From a virus (Duplodnaviria > Caudoviricetes): a stretch of 56,048 nucleotides of DNA. The notes below the pieces were generated by a model. The model did not search any database and was not told the DNA's origin. It saw nothing but the letters and a program-made list of their open reading frames with translations. The DNA is taken from the IMG/VR virus record IMGVR_UViG_3300031180_000001, positions 1 to 56,048 of that record; one strand, given 5' to 3'. This document shows, piece after piece, positions 37,096-46,151 of the stretch (position 1 is its first letter; each line of letters starts with the position of its first letter). The position numbers and the translations under genes are program-made.

Positions 37096-37983
37096 ATGCG
37101 CATCAATATCACAGTACGCTCCCCGGCTGCAATCGGGCTGGGGGTCATCTTTGCGTTAGGGACTGCTCGGGTCCTGTTGAAGGACGTGCAGTCACCGTCT
37201 GACGTGACGATAGACCATATGATGACCGCCCTGGTGCTCCTTGGCACCATCGCGGCGGGCCATCTCTTATGGCTAGCCCTTGAGGATCGCCGAATCGTAT
37301 CGGCGCTCGGCTTAGGCATCCTCTTCGTAGGCGGAACACTCTATTGCGTGGTCACATCTGCGGCGCGAAACGCTGAGGTTACCGCTGCGGAGAAAGTCGC
37401 AATCGAGCACGCCAACGGAGTCTACAAACGGGCGAAAGAAGCTTTCGATAAAGCTGAGAAACGCTACGATGAGGCTCTACAAAAGGAGACCGAGGAGTGT
37501 GGAACTGGCATCGGTACTCGGTGCGAAGCCAAGCGGAACATAAGCGCTCAACGTCTTGCCGAGAAGCAAGCGGCCGAGGCTTATCTCAATTCGCTACCGC
37601 CTCCGAGGCCAGAGGGTGACGGCCTCCGTCACGCGGCGACCGTCCTCGCGGCCATCCCTGGAGTCGCGGTCGGAGCCGAACAGATTGAACGTTGGCTCGG
37701 GCTCATCCTGCCATTCGTAAAGGCGCTTTTTCTTGAGATCGGAACGTCTGTGTTCTTCGGGTTCGGGCTCGGGCACAAGCGCGTGCAGGTTGAAGCTCCG
37801 GCGCAAGAAGCTCAACCGGCTGTCGAACAGAAGGTTGATACGACCAAACAGCGTAAGGTCAAAACATCTCGCCAGCGCCGTGTGCTACCCGCAAATGTCG
37901 TTGAACTCCGTCCTCGGCAAAAGATTGAGGCGCGGCGTTGGGCACGCGTAGTCAATCAGCTCGCTTCGTTGCGGACCGCTTGA
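37096..37983 (+). CDS. Multi-pass membrane protein with coiled coil (moron-like)
   Basis: Three N-terminal hydrophobic helices, ECGTGIGTRC and a fourth TM segment; own TTGACA promoter element and downstream terminator. Confidence 0.75.
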   Translation: MRINITVRSPAAIGLGVIFALGTARVLLKDVQSPSDVTIDHMMTALVLLGTIAAGHLLWLALEDRRIVSALGLGILFVGGTLYCVVTSAARNAEVTAAEKVAIEHANGVYKRAKEAFDKAEKRYDEALQKETEECGTGIGTRCEAKRNISAQRLAEKQAAEAYLNSLPPPRPEGDGLRHAATVLAAIPGVAVGAEQIERWLGLILPFVKALFLEIGTSVFFGFGLGHKRVQVEAPAQEAQPAVEQKVDTTKQRKVKTSRQRRVLPANVVELRPRQKIEARRWARVVNQLASLRTA

Positions 37984-38052
37984 CCGTCATTGGCGATTCA
38001 CGTATAAGGTGACTTGTTGGATGGACTCGTAAGCCTCAGACCGGAGGCAGGA

Positions 38053-38090
38053 AAAAGGCTGGTGGTATATCGCCACTGGCCTTTTCCTTT
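38053..38090. terminator. Bidirectional rho-independent terminator
   Basis: AAAAGGCTGGTGGT-ATATC-GCCACTGGCCTTTT. Confidence 0.7.
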
Positions 38091-38147
38091 ATCTGGAAAT
38101 GTCACGTTTTACGTGATAGAACACGGAAAACGATTCGGAGTCATCCG

Positions 38148-39245
38148 ATGCGCGCTGTAGACATCGTTCGCAAGATAGCGCCGAAAGCGAGGCCCGAATA
38201 CGTCGCTGCTTTCGAGCGCGGCGACGAGCAGCTAGCCGAGGCGGGCGTCACCGCCAATCGTCTGCGCCTCGCTCACTTCTTGGCGCAATGGGCTCACGAA
38301 ACGGGCGGATTCACGATTGCCCGTGAGAGCATGTCCTATTCCGCAAAGCGGATAACGCAGGTTTTCGGTGTCGGAAAACATTCCGCTGCGATCACGGCCG
38401 CAGAAGCAAAAACGCTCGCTCGCAATCCGCGAAAGCTCGCCGAGCGCGTCTACGGCCTTGGCAACCCGAAGATGGCCAAGAAGCTCGGTAACAAATATCC
38501 CGGCGACGGATGGAAATATCGCGGCACAGGACTTCCGCAAGCCACGGGCCGCTGGCAATTCGAGCATCTGAGCAAGGTCACGGGCGTCGATATGGTCGCC
38601 AATCCCGAGCTGCTGCTCAAGCCCGAGTATGCGCTCCTGGGAGCCATCGACGTTTGGAAGCGTAAAGGGCTCAACGCCCTCGCCGATAGCAACAATATTC
38701 GCGAGATCACGAAGCGGATCAACGGCGGCTACAACGGCTTCGACGATCGCGTTCGCTGGTTCCACAAAATTTGGAAACTCATCGGCGAGGGTGTGCCGTC
38801 GTGGCAGGAGGCTGAGCCTGATAAGGAGACCTTGAAGCTCCAGCAACAGCTCAATCAGCTCGGGTACAATCTGGTCGAGGACGGCCTTTATGGCCCCAAG
38901 ACGCGTGCAGCCGTCAAGAAATTCCAGCGTAGCGCCGGTCTCAAGGTCGATGGCATCGCTGGCCCCGTTACGAAAGCTGCAATTAAGCAACGGCTGGAAT
39001 CCGACCGCAAGGAGGTCGATGGGGATAGTCAGGTTTCTGACGGCACTCTCGTAGGCAGCGGCTCCGGCGTCCTCGGCGTCGGCGCGGCTGGTGAGAAGAT
39101 CGTCGATGTGGCCACGCGAGGTCAGGAATTGTCACAGGGCACCGTGATCCTCACGGCAGCCTTCTCCGTGCTCATGATCGTAGGCATTGCCCTCATCCTT
39201 TGGCCGCTGATCCGCAAGCTGCGCAATCGTGAGGACCACGAATGA
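38148..39245 (+). CDS. Endolysin: GH19 catalytic domain + PG-binding domain + C-terminal TM segment
   Basis: LAHFLAQWAHETGGF, GDGWKYRG and TKRINGG; DGLYGPKTRAAVKKFQ...LKVDGIAGP. Confidence 0.9.
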   Translation: MRAVDIVRKIAPKARPEYVAAFERGDEQLAEAGVTANRLRLAHFLAQWAHETGGFTIARESMSYSAKRITQVFGVGKHSAAITAAEAKTLARNPRKLAERVYGLGNPKMAKKLGNKYPGDGWKYRGTGLPQATGRWQFEHLSKVTGVDMVANPELLLKPEYALLGAIDVWKRKGLNALADSNNIREITKRINGGYNGFDDRVRWFHKIWKLIGEGVPSWQEAEPDKETLKLQQQLNQLGYNLVEDGLYGPKTRAAVKKFQRSAGLKVDGIAGPVTKAAIKQRLESDRKEVDGDSQVSDGTLVGSGSGVLGVGAAGEKIVDVATRGQELSQGTVILTAAFSVLMIVGIALILWPLIRKLRNREDHE

Positions 39246-39541
39246 TGGAATTCATCGGATACATCGTGCCGTGGTGGGTGTGGCTTATCCTCGGGACAAT
39301 CGCCGCAGGTCTCGTCTATGCCTACTTCGGCCGCAAAGCCACTTTTGCGCTGGCTCTCGCCCTTGCGGCCTTCCTCATTGATCGACGCGGAAAACAGAAG
39401 GGCTGGAAAGCCCGAGAAGACAAACAGAAGCGCCAAGACAAGGAGTTCGTCGATGACTATCGCAAGCACCTTCAAGATGCTGAGCGCAGCTCTGATGATG
39501 AGCTTGATCGCTTTAACCGTCAGTGGCTGCGGCACGACTAG
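39242..39541 (+). CDS. i-spanin (Rz-like)
   Basis: N-terminal TM segments and charged helical C-terminus; overlaps a lipoprotein gene. Confidence 0.65.
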   Translation: MMEFIGYIVPWWVWLILGTIAAGLVYAYFGRKATFALALALAAFLIDRRGKQKGWKAREDKQKRQDKEFVDDYRKHLQDAERSSDDELDRFNRQWLRHD

Positions 39542-39686
39542 TGGGGGAAGTAACGCGACGTGGTGCGCCACGAATACCCCTCTTCGTCCCTCAGTCGAAC
39601 AGTACAAAGCGTTCTCGCGGGCGGACAAGGTAAAGATGGCCGCTCACAACCGATTCGGACAAAAACACTGCGGATGGAAGCCCTGA
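39477..39686 (+). CDS. o-spanin (Rz1-like lipoprotein)
   Basis: Signal peptide with lipobox VSG-C, in an alternative frame overlapping the i-spanin 3' end. Confidence 0.7.
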   Translation: MLSAALMMSLIALTVSGCGTTSGGSNATWCATNTPLRPSVEQYKAFSRADKVKMAAHNRFGQKHCGWKP

Positions 39687-39687
39687 C

Positions 39688-40044
39688 ATGAGCGACACGG
39701 CGAAGATCTTCGAGGCGATCGGCTCGCTGACGGAGGCAGTGAACGGGCTCCGTCGCGATTTCGAGAAGTTCGATCAGGAGTCGTCTGAGAACCGGCTCAT
39801 CGTGCGCCAGCGGCTCAATGACCTATCCGAGCGTATGGCGACCGTCGAGACGAAGATCTCCGCCGTGAAGCGTGACATCGCCGAGGATGTCATGCCGACC
39901 ATCGAGAAGGTCAAAATTTGGGAGCAACGTGGAATCGGCTTCCTGGCTGCCGCAGGTATGGTTGGAACGGGGATAGGGGCGGCCTTCGCATCGTTCTTGT
40001 CCCACTATTGGGAAAAGCTGCAAAAGCTCCTCGGGAGCGTCTGA
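39688..40044 (+). CDS. Coiled-coil + C-terminal TM protein (DUF1515-like, possible holin)
   Basis: IGSLTEAVNGL coiled coil and one TM helix; last gene of the lysis cassette. Confidence 0.6.
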   Translation: MSDTAKIFEAIGSLTEAVNGLRRDFEKFDQESSENRLIVRQRLNDLSERMATVETKISAVKRDIAEDVMPTIEKVKIWEQRGIGFLAAAGMVGTGIGAAFASFLSHYWEKLQKLLGSV

Positions 40045-40131
40045 GGCGGTCGTTATGGAAATTCGAGAAATTGCCTCCGCTCGATCCGCACGGCTAACGA
40101 AATGAGGGGCGCAAGGCCCCTCCCTCACCTT

Positions 40132-41061
40132 TCAGCAGAAACTCAGACGCTGCTCTGCTATTCGTACATAATCAGGATTTACTTCAAACCCAAGAGCGCG
40201 TCGATCAGTATTCTTTGCGGCAACAAGAGTCGTCCCACTTCCCGCGAAGGGATCGAGCACAAGTTGCTTGGGCTGCGTCGCAATTTCGATAAGTGCTTGC
40301 ATTAAGCGAACGGGTTTCTGCGTGGGGTGTAAGCCTAACTCTGAAGGCATAAAGCCGATGTCGAGAACGTTATCCGGTCTCTTTACATAGCGTCTGAGAG
40401 CTACCTCATTATATGGTCCGATGCCGTGGATCAAAGCATTATCGGCGATTGTGGTACCAATTCTATAAGGCTTAATAAACCACAGTATTGGCTCAAAGAC
40501 GGGCCTAAGATTGCCAACACGCCAACCCCGCCACCTTTCGGCTTCTTCAATGTCCCCGCGTCTTTCAAAGACTACGCTAAGGCGCTGTGCTCGATGTGGA
40601 GCGCGATCACGCAGCCATGCGAGCATGTCTTTGAAAGAGAAGCCAGCATCTTCAAGCGCACAAATACAGCGATGCGCATACCTTCGACCGGCAAAAATGA
40701 AAACCGTGCCACCGGGCTTAAGCACTCGAAACCAATCTTTCGCCCATGTGGCGCACCATTCGTAATATTGCTTGGGTATAAGTCTATCTGCCTTTGACCA
40801 ACCGTTGATTGGCTTACCCCGCTTCCTAAATATTGCACCGGCGCGCTTCTGTGCAGGACTGCTGCCTAACAGTGCTGAGTTGGTATTCCTGTGCAATACG
40901 TCCCAATCATCAGTTCCGATTCCATAAGGTATGTCGCTAGCGATAAGGTGGACACTAGAGTCGGGTAATTCTCTCACGCCGACGATCCCATCGCCTAGCT
41001 GAATACCCGTAGGTATTGATGACCCTTCTTGAAATGGACGCTGCGAATCGCTTCTTGTCAT
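40132..41061 (-). CDS. Orphan N6-adenine DNA methyltransferase, M.HindIII-like
   Basis: SDIPYGI..DWD.LH.NTNSAL, RGKPINGWS, APHRAQR, NLRPVFEPILWF and DPFAGSG match M.HindIII as recalled from memory; visibly lower GC. Confidence 0.85.
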   Translation of the reverse strand: MTRSDSQRPFQEGSSIPTGIQLGDGIVGVRELPDSSVHLIASDIPYGIGTDDWDVLHRNTNSALLGSSPAQKRAGAIFRKRGKPINGWSKADRLIPKQYYEWCATWAKDWFRVLKPGGTVFIFAGRRYAHRCICALEDAGFSFKDMLAWLRDRAPHRAQRLSVVFERRGDIEEAERWRGWRVGNLRPVFEPILWFIKPYRIGTTIADNALIHGIGPYNEVALRRYVKRPDNVLDIGFMPSELGLHPTQKPVRLMQALIEIATQPKQLVLDPFAGSGTTLVAAKNTDRRALGFEVNPDYVRIAEQRLSFC

Positions 41062-41242
41062 AATTTAATATTGATTCGAGGTTAAAGGGGGAAGAACTCG
41101 ATGCCCCTCCCCCTCTGTCGTCGCGGATGTAACGAGGATCGTCTAATTCTGGACTATTTCATACAAACCTCCTTGTTTGTTCCCAACTCCGGTGATTCAA
41201 CTGGTCCGTGCTTAGTCACGATATAGTTGACGGTCAGATAAG

Positions 41243-41518
41243 TCAAGCGAGCTTCGCCCTGGCCTCAGTGAGATAGCGGAGCGCAACGACCTCGGCCCGC
41301 ACCTTGGCTTGCTCCAGGGTAGCCATACGACCCTTGATCTTGCGGCCGAAAACGAACACGTTCCACCGAGGCTCGCCGGGGTCCAGGCGTTGAATGCTCT
41401 CGTAGATCGCATACAGCTCCAGACCACCACCTAGCTTCGCGCAGTAGTGGTTGTTGCCCAAATCCTTCCATTCGAGCTTGGGCTCAAGGTTCTCCCAATT
41501 CGAGGATTGACTGTCCAC
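41243..41518 (-). CDS. Hypothetical protein
   Basis: 91-aa ORF with AAGGAG RBS. Confidence 0.7.
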   Translation of the reverse strand: MDSQSSNWENLEPKLEWKDLGNNHYCAKLGGGLELYAIYESIQRLDPGEPRWNVFVFGRKIKGRMATLEQAKVRAEVVALRYLTEARAKLA

Positions 41519-41597
41519 AGTAGACTCCTTAAACGATTGCTGGGCCTAGCCCACGGGGTCTCCGTATGGAGGCTAAAGTGGGGAGCTGAACGGCTCC

Positions 41598-42905
41598 TCA
41601 CTCTAACCATCCCAACAGCCTCAGATACTCATAGGCCGGTGTTTCGATCCCGAATCGCCGTTCGATGTCGGCCACATACTCGGGCTCGAATTCGATGAGG
41701 ATGCTGTCACAGCCCTCCAGACAAGCCGCTTCTCCCGTCGTTCCTGTCCCGGCGAAAGGATCGAGCACGATGCCTCCTGGCGGCGTCACGTGGCGCACGA
41801 GCGCTCTGAGAAGGCCAATCGGCTTAACGGTCGGATGACGGCTCCCGGCGCGATCGGCGCGAGTGGCTTTCGAGTGATAGAAGATCTTTTGATCCTCGAA
41901 TGGGTAACACTCGAAAAATCGGGCGGCCGATCCTTTCTTGTCCTCGGGAAACTGAGCGACGACCTCGGACGAGCCGTCGTGAATGAGGTTTGCGGGGTGA
42001 CGGCCTTTACTCATATCGAAAACTTGCCCGTTCCGACCCTTTCCTGTCTTCATGTTGTAGACGAGCCCTGTTGGGCTGTTGAATTCAGGCTGGGGGACTC
42101 TTGCTGCCTCTATATCATCCTCTGACGCTGGTACCCTGCATCCATCAATGTTCACGGCCCCGACGCCGTGCTTGAGGATGTTGAGCGCGCCGTTCTTCTC
42201 TGAGAATGGGCGCTGGGCCACGTAGATCGGCTCCAGGGCGGGTTTTCGCGCCTGCCCACCATAGGCCCAACCCGACCAGCGGGCGGCTTCCTCGGTCGCA
42301 GGAACGTAGCTATAATGTGATGCCTCTACCTTTTCAGGATCAAACATCCAAGGACGCGAAAACCCGCCCTTCTGACTCATCGTGCCGCTCTCACGAAGGG
42401 ATCGCATATTATCTCTGCCGATAAAGCCTTCGTGACCGGGCTTCGGTGCCCCTAGACGACCCTTCTTCCCGAGCGCCTTGTCGATGGCCTTGTCAGCGGC
42501 ATGTGACTTCGGAAAGCCGGAACCATACGCCCAGCCGATGAACGGATGTATGATGAATCCCGCGTCCTCGATGGCACACGCCATGCGATGCCCGGTACGC
42601 GGCGACGAGAAGGCGAGCAGATAACCTCCGGGCAGCAGGATTTCGAGGCAGAGACGCCAAAACTCGACATCGTGCTCTATGCCGGTCGCATCCCAGGCTT
42701 TGCCCATGAAACCTCCCGACAGGCGTGCAAAGCTGCCGTCGTTGCCCTCGGTGCGCGCTGGGGCCTGATTGCCGCCGAACCGCTTGCGAATGCTGATGAG
42801 GCCGTAAGGCGGATCGGTGACGATCGAATGGACCCGAACGCCCTCATCGATGAGGCGGCGTAAAGCAACTTTACAGTCGTCATGAATGAGGGTGACCGTG
42901 CTCAT
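41598..42905 (-). CDS. N4/N6 DNA methyltransferase (beta class)
   Basis: TDPPYG, GFPKS, HPTVKP and LDPFAGTGTT motifs. Confidence 0.9.
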   Translation of the reverse strand: MSTVTLIHDDCKVALRRLIDEGVRVHSIVTDPPYGLISIRKRFGGNQAPARTEGNDGSFARLSGGFMGKAWDATGIEHDVEFWRLCLEILLPGGYLLAFSSPRTGHRMACAIEDAGFIIHPFIGWAYGSGFPKSHAADKAIDKALGKKGRLGAPKPGHEGFIGRDNMRSLRESGTMSQKGGFSRPWMFDPEKVEASHYSYVPATEEAARWSGWAYGGQARKPALEPIYVAQRPFSEKNGALNILKHGVGAVNIDGCRVPASEDDIEAARVPQPEFNSPTGLVYNMKTGKGRNGQVFDMSKGRHPANLIHDGSSEVVAQFPEDKKGSAARFFECYPFEDQKIFYHSKATRADRAGSRHPTVKPIGLLRALVRHVTPPGGIVLDPFAGTGTTGEAACLEGCDSILIEFEPEYVADIERRFGIETPAYEYLRLLGWLE

Positions 42906-42907
42906 CT

Positions 42908-44128
42908 TTATTTCTGGAACTTCTCATGGAACGTTAAACGTGACAGAGAGACCGAACGAAAACCTCTATCAGCGTTATGGGATTCGAGATAGGCTTCGAT
43001 GAACGCCTGGGCGACCGGGATGACGATTGCATTGCCGTAACCGCGCAATCGTCCCACTCGGGCGGGAACCCCATCAGCCAACGGGAATGTGCCGGGTTCA
43101 ACTGGCCGCCACTTTCCATCCCGGCAGAAGAGCCAGTCAGCATCTCGCCAGAAACCGTTAGTCGGGCGGGCGCGTTGTCCATCCACAGGGCCAACGCCCC
43201 CAAGCCGTCGTGTGACAAGCTCGACCGCTTCCGATCCGGCATGGATTTGCGTTGAACGTCGATTTCCGTTGTTTTCGGCGTCGGCCATCCCGCCAAGGAA
43301 GCCGTTAGTCGGGCTGGGCCGGGTTCCGCATAGCTCTTCACCGCCTCGCTCAGGTAACCCGTATTTCGACCCGTTGCTGCCCGACTCGGCCGCATTCCGT
43401 CTCGTTCTATGTGATCCGTTGCGTTCGGAGTCGGCCAGCCTGCCAGAAGAGCAACCGTCCTGCGACTGCTGTCTGTGTTCCCTGCTGGATTGTATTGCCC
43501 AGGCTTGCCCGGATTGCCTGCCATCGGCGTGGGCCAGCCCGACAACGCCGCATCCGCTGGCAGCGCCCCACCGGCTTGGTTCGGTCCACCGTTCGTCCCG
43601 TCCGTCGCTCTCGGCGTGTTCCAGCCTTTCCGCGACGAAGTAGAGGCGTTGCCTGATGTGCGGGGCACCGACGCCCGCAGCGCAAATATCGACCGCCCCG
43701 AGGGCGTAACCCGCTCCCTCCAAGTCATCTGATACAAGGTCGAGCCAAGCAAGGCCGTCCTTGCTTGCAACCTGCTCACCAAAGATCGTGTCAGGCTGGC
43801 ACTGCTCGATGAGATGAAACCAGTGGGGCCACAAGTGCCGCTCGTCAGCAAACCCATCTCGGCGGCCTGCCGAGCTGAAAGGTTGACACGGGCAGCTTCC
43901 GGTCCAGACCGGTCGATCTTCTGGCCAACCCGCCAGTTTGAGAGCGAGGGGCCATCCTCCGATGCCTGCGAAGAAATGGCAATGAGTATAGCCTCGTAGA
44001 TCGTCCGGTCTGACATCCCGAATGTCCCTTGTGTCAACATCCCCGGAAGGTAGATGTCCAGCGGCAATCAACTCGGAAAGCCATGCAACAGCGTTTTTGT
44101 CGATCTCGTTGTAGTAGACGCCGCTCAT
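42908..44128 (-). CDS. C5-cytosine DNA methyltransferase, alpha polypeptide
   Basis: FFAGIGG (I), GSCPCQPFS (IV), GEQV (VI), PHIRQR (VIII) and [10 protein letters not shown] (X); motif IX is missing from this frame. Confidence 0.9.
   Translation of the reverse strand: MSGVYYNEIDKNAVAWLSELIAAGHLPSGDVDTRDIRDVRPDDLRGYTHCHFFAGIGGWPLALKLAGWPEDRPVWTGSCPCQPFSSAGRRDGFADERHLWPHWFHLIEQCQPDTIFGEQVASKDGLAWLDLVSDDLEGAGYALGAVDICAAGVGAPHIRQRLYFVAERLEHAESDGRDERWTEPSRWGAASGCGVVGLAHADGRQSGQAWAIQSSREHRQQSQDGCSSGRLADSERNGSHRTRRNAAESGSNGSKYGLPERGGEELCGTRPSPTNGFLGGMADAENNGNRRSTQIHAGSEAVELVTRRLGGVGPVDGQRARPTNGFWRDADWLFCRDGKWRPVEPGTFPLADGVPARVGRLRGYGNAIVIPVAQAFIEAYLESHNADRGFRSVSLSRLTFHEKFQK
42934..44067 (-). CDS. 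Overlapping alternative-frame beta polypeptide of the C5 MTase (true start uncertain)
   Basis: Four W(P/N)TP modules and motif-IX-like [18 protein letters not shown]. Confidence 0.7.
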   Translation of the reverse strand: MPLDIYLPGMLTQGTFGMSDRTIYEAILIAISSQASEDGPSLSNWRVGQKIDRSGPEAARVNLSARQAAEMGLLTSGTCGPTGFISSSSASLTRSLVSRLQARTALLGSTLYQMTWRERVTPSGRSIFALRASVPRTSGNASTSSRKGWNTPRATDGTNGGPNQAGGALPADAALSGWPTPMAGNPGKPGQYNPAGNTDSSRRTVALLAGWPTPNATDHIERDGMRPSRAATGRNTGYLSEAVKSYAEPGPARLTASLAGWPTPKTTEIDVQRKSMPDRKRSSLSHDGLGALALWMDNAPARLTVSGEMLTGSSAGMESGGQLNPAHSRWLMGFPPEWDDCAVTAMQSSSRSPRRSSKPISNPITLIEVFVRSLCHV

Positions 44129-44388
44129 ATCAAGTCATCGTCTTCGACGCGGGGCCTCGGATACTTCCTCGGCCGCGCTCCGATTGGACCTGGCTTGCTA
44201 AACACTTCCATGAGAGCCTTCACCGGATCTGATGCGCGCGCCGAGTGGTGCGGAGCCATGCCCGTCGCATCACGATAGATGGCGAGGAATTCACCCTGAC
44301 TCTCCGACACGGAGAAGTAGTTCAGCTCACCCTTCGCCGCGAGCGCCCGGATGACCGATTCCAAATCACGCGGCTTCGACATTCTCAC
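44125..44388 (-). CDS. Hypothetical protein
   Basis: Coupled to neighbours; ends EDDDLI. Confidence 0.7.
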   Translation of the reverse strand: MRMSKPRDLESVIRALAAKGELNYFSVSESQGEFLAIYRDATGMAPHHSARASDPVKALMEVFSKPGPIGARPRKYPRPRVEDDDLI

Positions 44389-44707
44389 CCTCGACTTGTT
44401 TCAGATCGACCGTGAAGTTCACGCCGTATTTCGCCAGATCAGCCTCGAGTCGGCGCACTTCCGATTGCAGGTGGTGCTCAAGGGCTTCCTTCACTCGATT
44501 CCGATCAGACTCACTCAACACATCGACGATGTAACGACCGTGAATTGAGACATCGAACATGTCTTCTCTCACCTTTTTCAGATCAACGATCGCCTCACAA
44601 ATCGCCTCTATCAGGAGCTTGATCTGTCGAACCTCGTTCGGATGTATTTTCACCTTCGTCGTTTTCGATGGTCTCGCCATGGCTAAGATACTCCTCTTGT
44701 AGTTCAC
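44366..44707 (-). CDS. Hypothetical protein (likely start 44680)
   Basis: GAGGAG RBS upstream of MARPSK. Confidence 0.65.
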   Translation of the reverse strand: MNYKRSILAMARPSKTTKVKIHPNEVRQIKLLIEAICEAIVDLKKVREDMFDVSIHGRYIVDVLSESDRNRVKEALEHHLQSEVRRLEADLAKYGVNFTVDLKQVEGENVEAA

Positions 44708-45002
44708 AGATCCGATCGATGAGCACTCCCAGCGCGCCTTCTGGCTTTCCTTCGCTGTTGCGCGTCATTGCGGCCCGGATTGTCTCAGGGCGACATCCGT
44801 ATTGAAGAGCGAACGACAAGGCGATGGCGCTGTCTCGGGTCGCAATATCCAGCTCGGTTCCAGCTTTACCCGCCGAAAGAAAAACTTCGCCAATCCGCCC
44901 ATCGGGATAGAGCCCGACCGTCGCGTCGTACTGGAAATTTCCATGCCAAAACGTGAAGGTTTCGGCATAGCGCCGGTTTGGCAGTCGCTCACGATCAGTC
45001 AT
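44595..45002 (-). CDS. Stand-alone TSCPD domain protein (class II RNR C-terminal-like)
   Basis: RERLPNRR..T....G.YPDGRIGEVFL...KAG...IALSFALQYG. Confidence 0.8.
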   Translation of the reverse strand: MTDRERLPNRRYAETFTFWHGNFQYDATVGLYPDGRIGEVFLSAGKAGTELDIATRDSAIALSFALQYGCRPETIRAAMTRNSEGKPEGALGVLIDRICELQEEYLSHGETIENDEGENTSERGSTDQAPDRGDL

Positions 45003-45045
45003 TTCTCATTTGCCCCTGCTACGTTTCTCGCTTCATTTCTCCAAC

Positions 45046-45387
45046 TCACCACTCCGGCAAAACACGATACTCGACGGGGATTCCGAGCTTTTTGGCGTGC
45101 TCGATTCCTTTTCTCATTCCCTCGGAAATGCCGAGGTCGGTGTAGACGGCAACGAAATCCGCCTGAGCCATCCACACGAAACCGAGCCTCATCCCGACTT
45201 CACGCTCTGTCGGGTTTTTGTCGTCAAGCACCTGCGTATAAAGCGCATGACTTGCAAACGGTGCCTCTCCGCGCTGGATGCAGTCCTTCAGCGCAGCTTT
45301 GAGGTAATCTAGATTGCGCTGCGGATCGCCGCGAAACGGCGTTTCAACAATCACGCGTGGAATTGTGCGGAGCATAAGCGGTGCCAT
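45046..45387 (-). CDS. Nucleoside deoxyribosyltransferase-like Rossmann-fold protein
   Basis: VIVETPFRG, PFASHALYTQVLDD and GISEGMRK.I..A motifs. Confidence 0.7.
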   Translation of the reverse strand: MAPLMLRTIPRVIVETPFRGDPQRNLDYLKAALKDCIQRGEAPFASHALYTQVLDDKNPTEREVGMRLGFVWMAQADFVAVYTDLGISEGMRKGIEHAKKLGIPVEYRVLPEW

Positions 45388-45689
45388 CAGTCGTCCAACA
45401 TTCCGATTGCGTGCAGATACGTGTCGAGAATCGCCCGCTCTTCCTCGCGCTTTTCTCGCGACATCTTTCGGAGCTTGATGATCTGACGAATGGCTTTCGT
45501 ATCGAAGCCGTTCACCTTGGCCTCCTGATAGACCTCCTTGATGTCGTCCATAACCGCCTTCTTTTCTTCCTCCAGGCGCTCGATACGCTCGATGAACCTG
45601 AGAAGGCGCTCGCCGGTCGGATTGAGATTGTCGGCCTTGGTGACGCGGCGACCATCACCCGTACCGATCAGATCGTCGTTGTCAAGCAT
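45387..45689 (-). CDS. gapR: GapR-family nucleoid-associated protein (DUF2312)
   Basis: [16 protein letters not shown]...[25 protein letters not shown]. Confidence 0.92.
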   Translation of the reverse strand: MLDNDDLIGTGDGRRVTKADNLNPTGERLLRFIERIERLEEEKKAVMDDIKEVYQEAKVNGFDTKAIRQIIKLRKMSREKREEERAILDTYLHAIGMLDD

Positions 45690-45698
45690 AACGTCCTC

Positions 45699-46142
45699 TT
45701 ACACGTCAAAAGTGACTCTCAGAGATGTTTTACGATTGATGAACGCGTCCATGGAAGCGATCAGCCGACTCTCATCGCTCAGGCCCCGAACCCATTCGTC
45801 AAGGTGATAGAACAGATGGTGCTCCTCGCTGGGAATGAGATTCTTGCTGACATACTCCTCCATCGAAATGGACTGGAGCTTCGACTTTCTCAGAGAGAAG
45901 ATCCGCTCGAATGTGCGCCATACGGAGCTGCGCATCACAGGTACGTGCAGCTCAAAGCGCAAATCGATATAGTGCCTTGCTTTCCTTAGATCGACAGCGC
46001 CGCCCTTGTCGCGCCACCGCGTAAGGTACTTCAACGCATTGCCAGCGAAATAATCCCAATCGTTCGCGGCGATGAATTCAACGGGCTGAATTGCGAGCTT
46101 CTTGTAATGGCTCCCGCCGTGTTGGATTTCGAGCGACTTCAT
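45699..46142 (-). CDS. DUF3310 (SaV / T7 gp1.7-like) protein
   Basis: GGSHYKK..IQPVEF, GNALKY..R...KGG..DLRKARHY. Confidence 0.85.
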   Translation of the reverse strand: MKSLEIQHGGSHYKKLAIQPVEFIAANDWDYFAGNALKYLTRWRDKGGAVDLRKARHYIDLRFELHVPVMRSSVWRTFERIFSLRKSKLQSISMEEYVSKNLIPSEEHHLFYHLDEWVRGLSDESRLIASMDAFINRKTSLRVTFDV

Positions 46143-46151
46143 GGCGATCTC

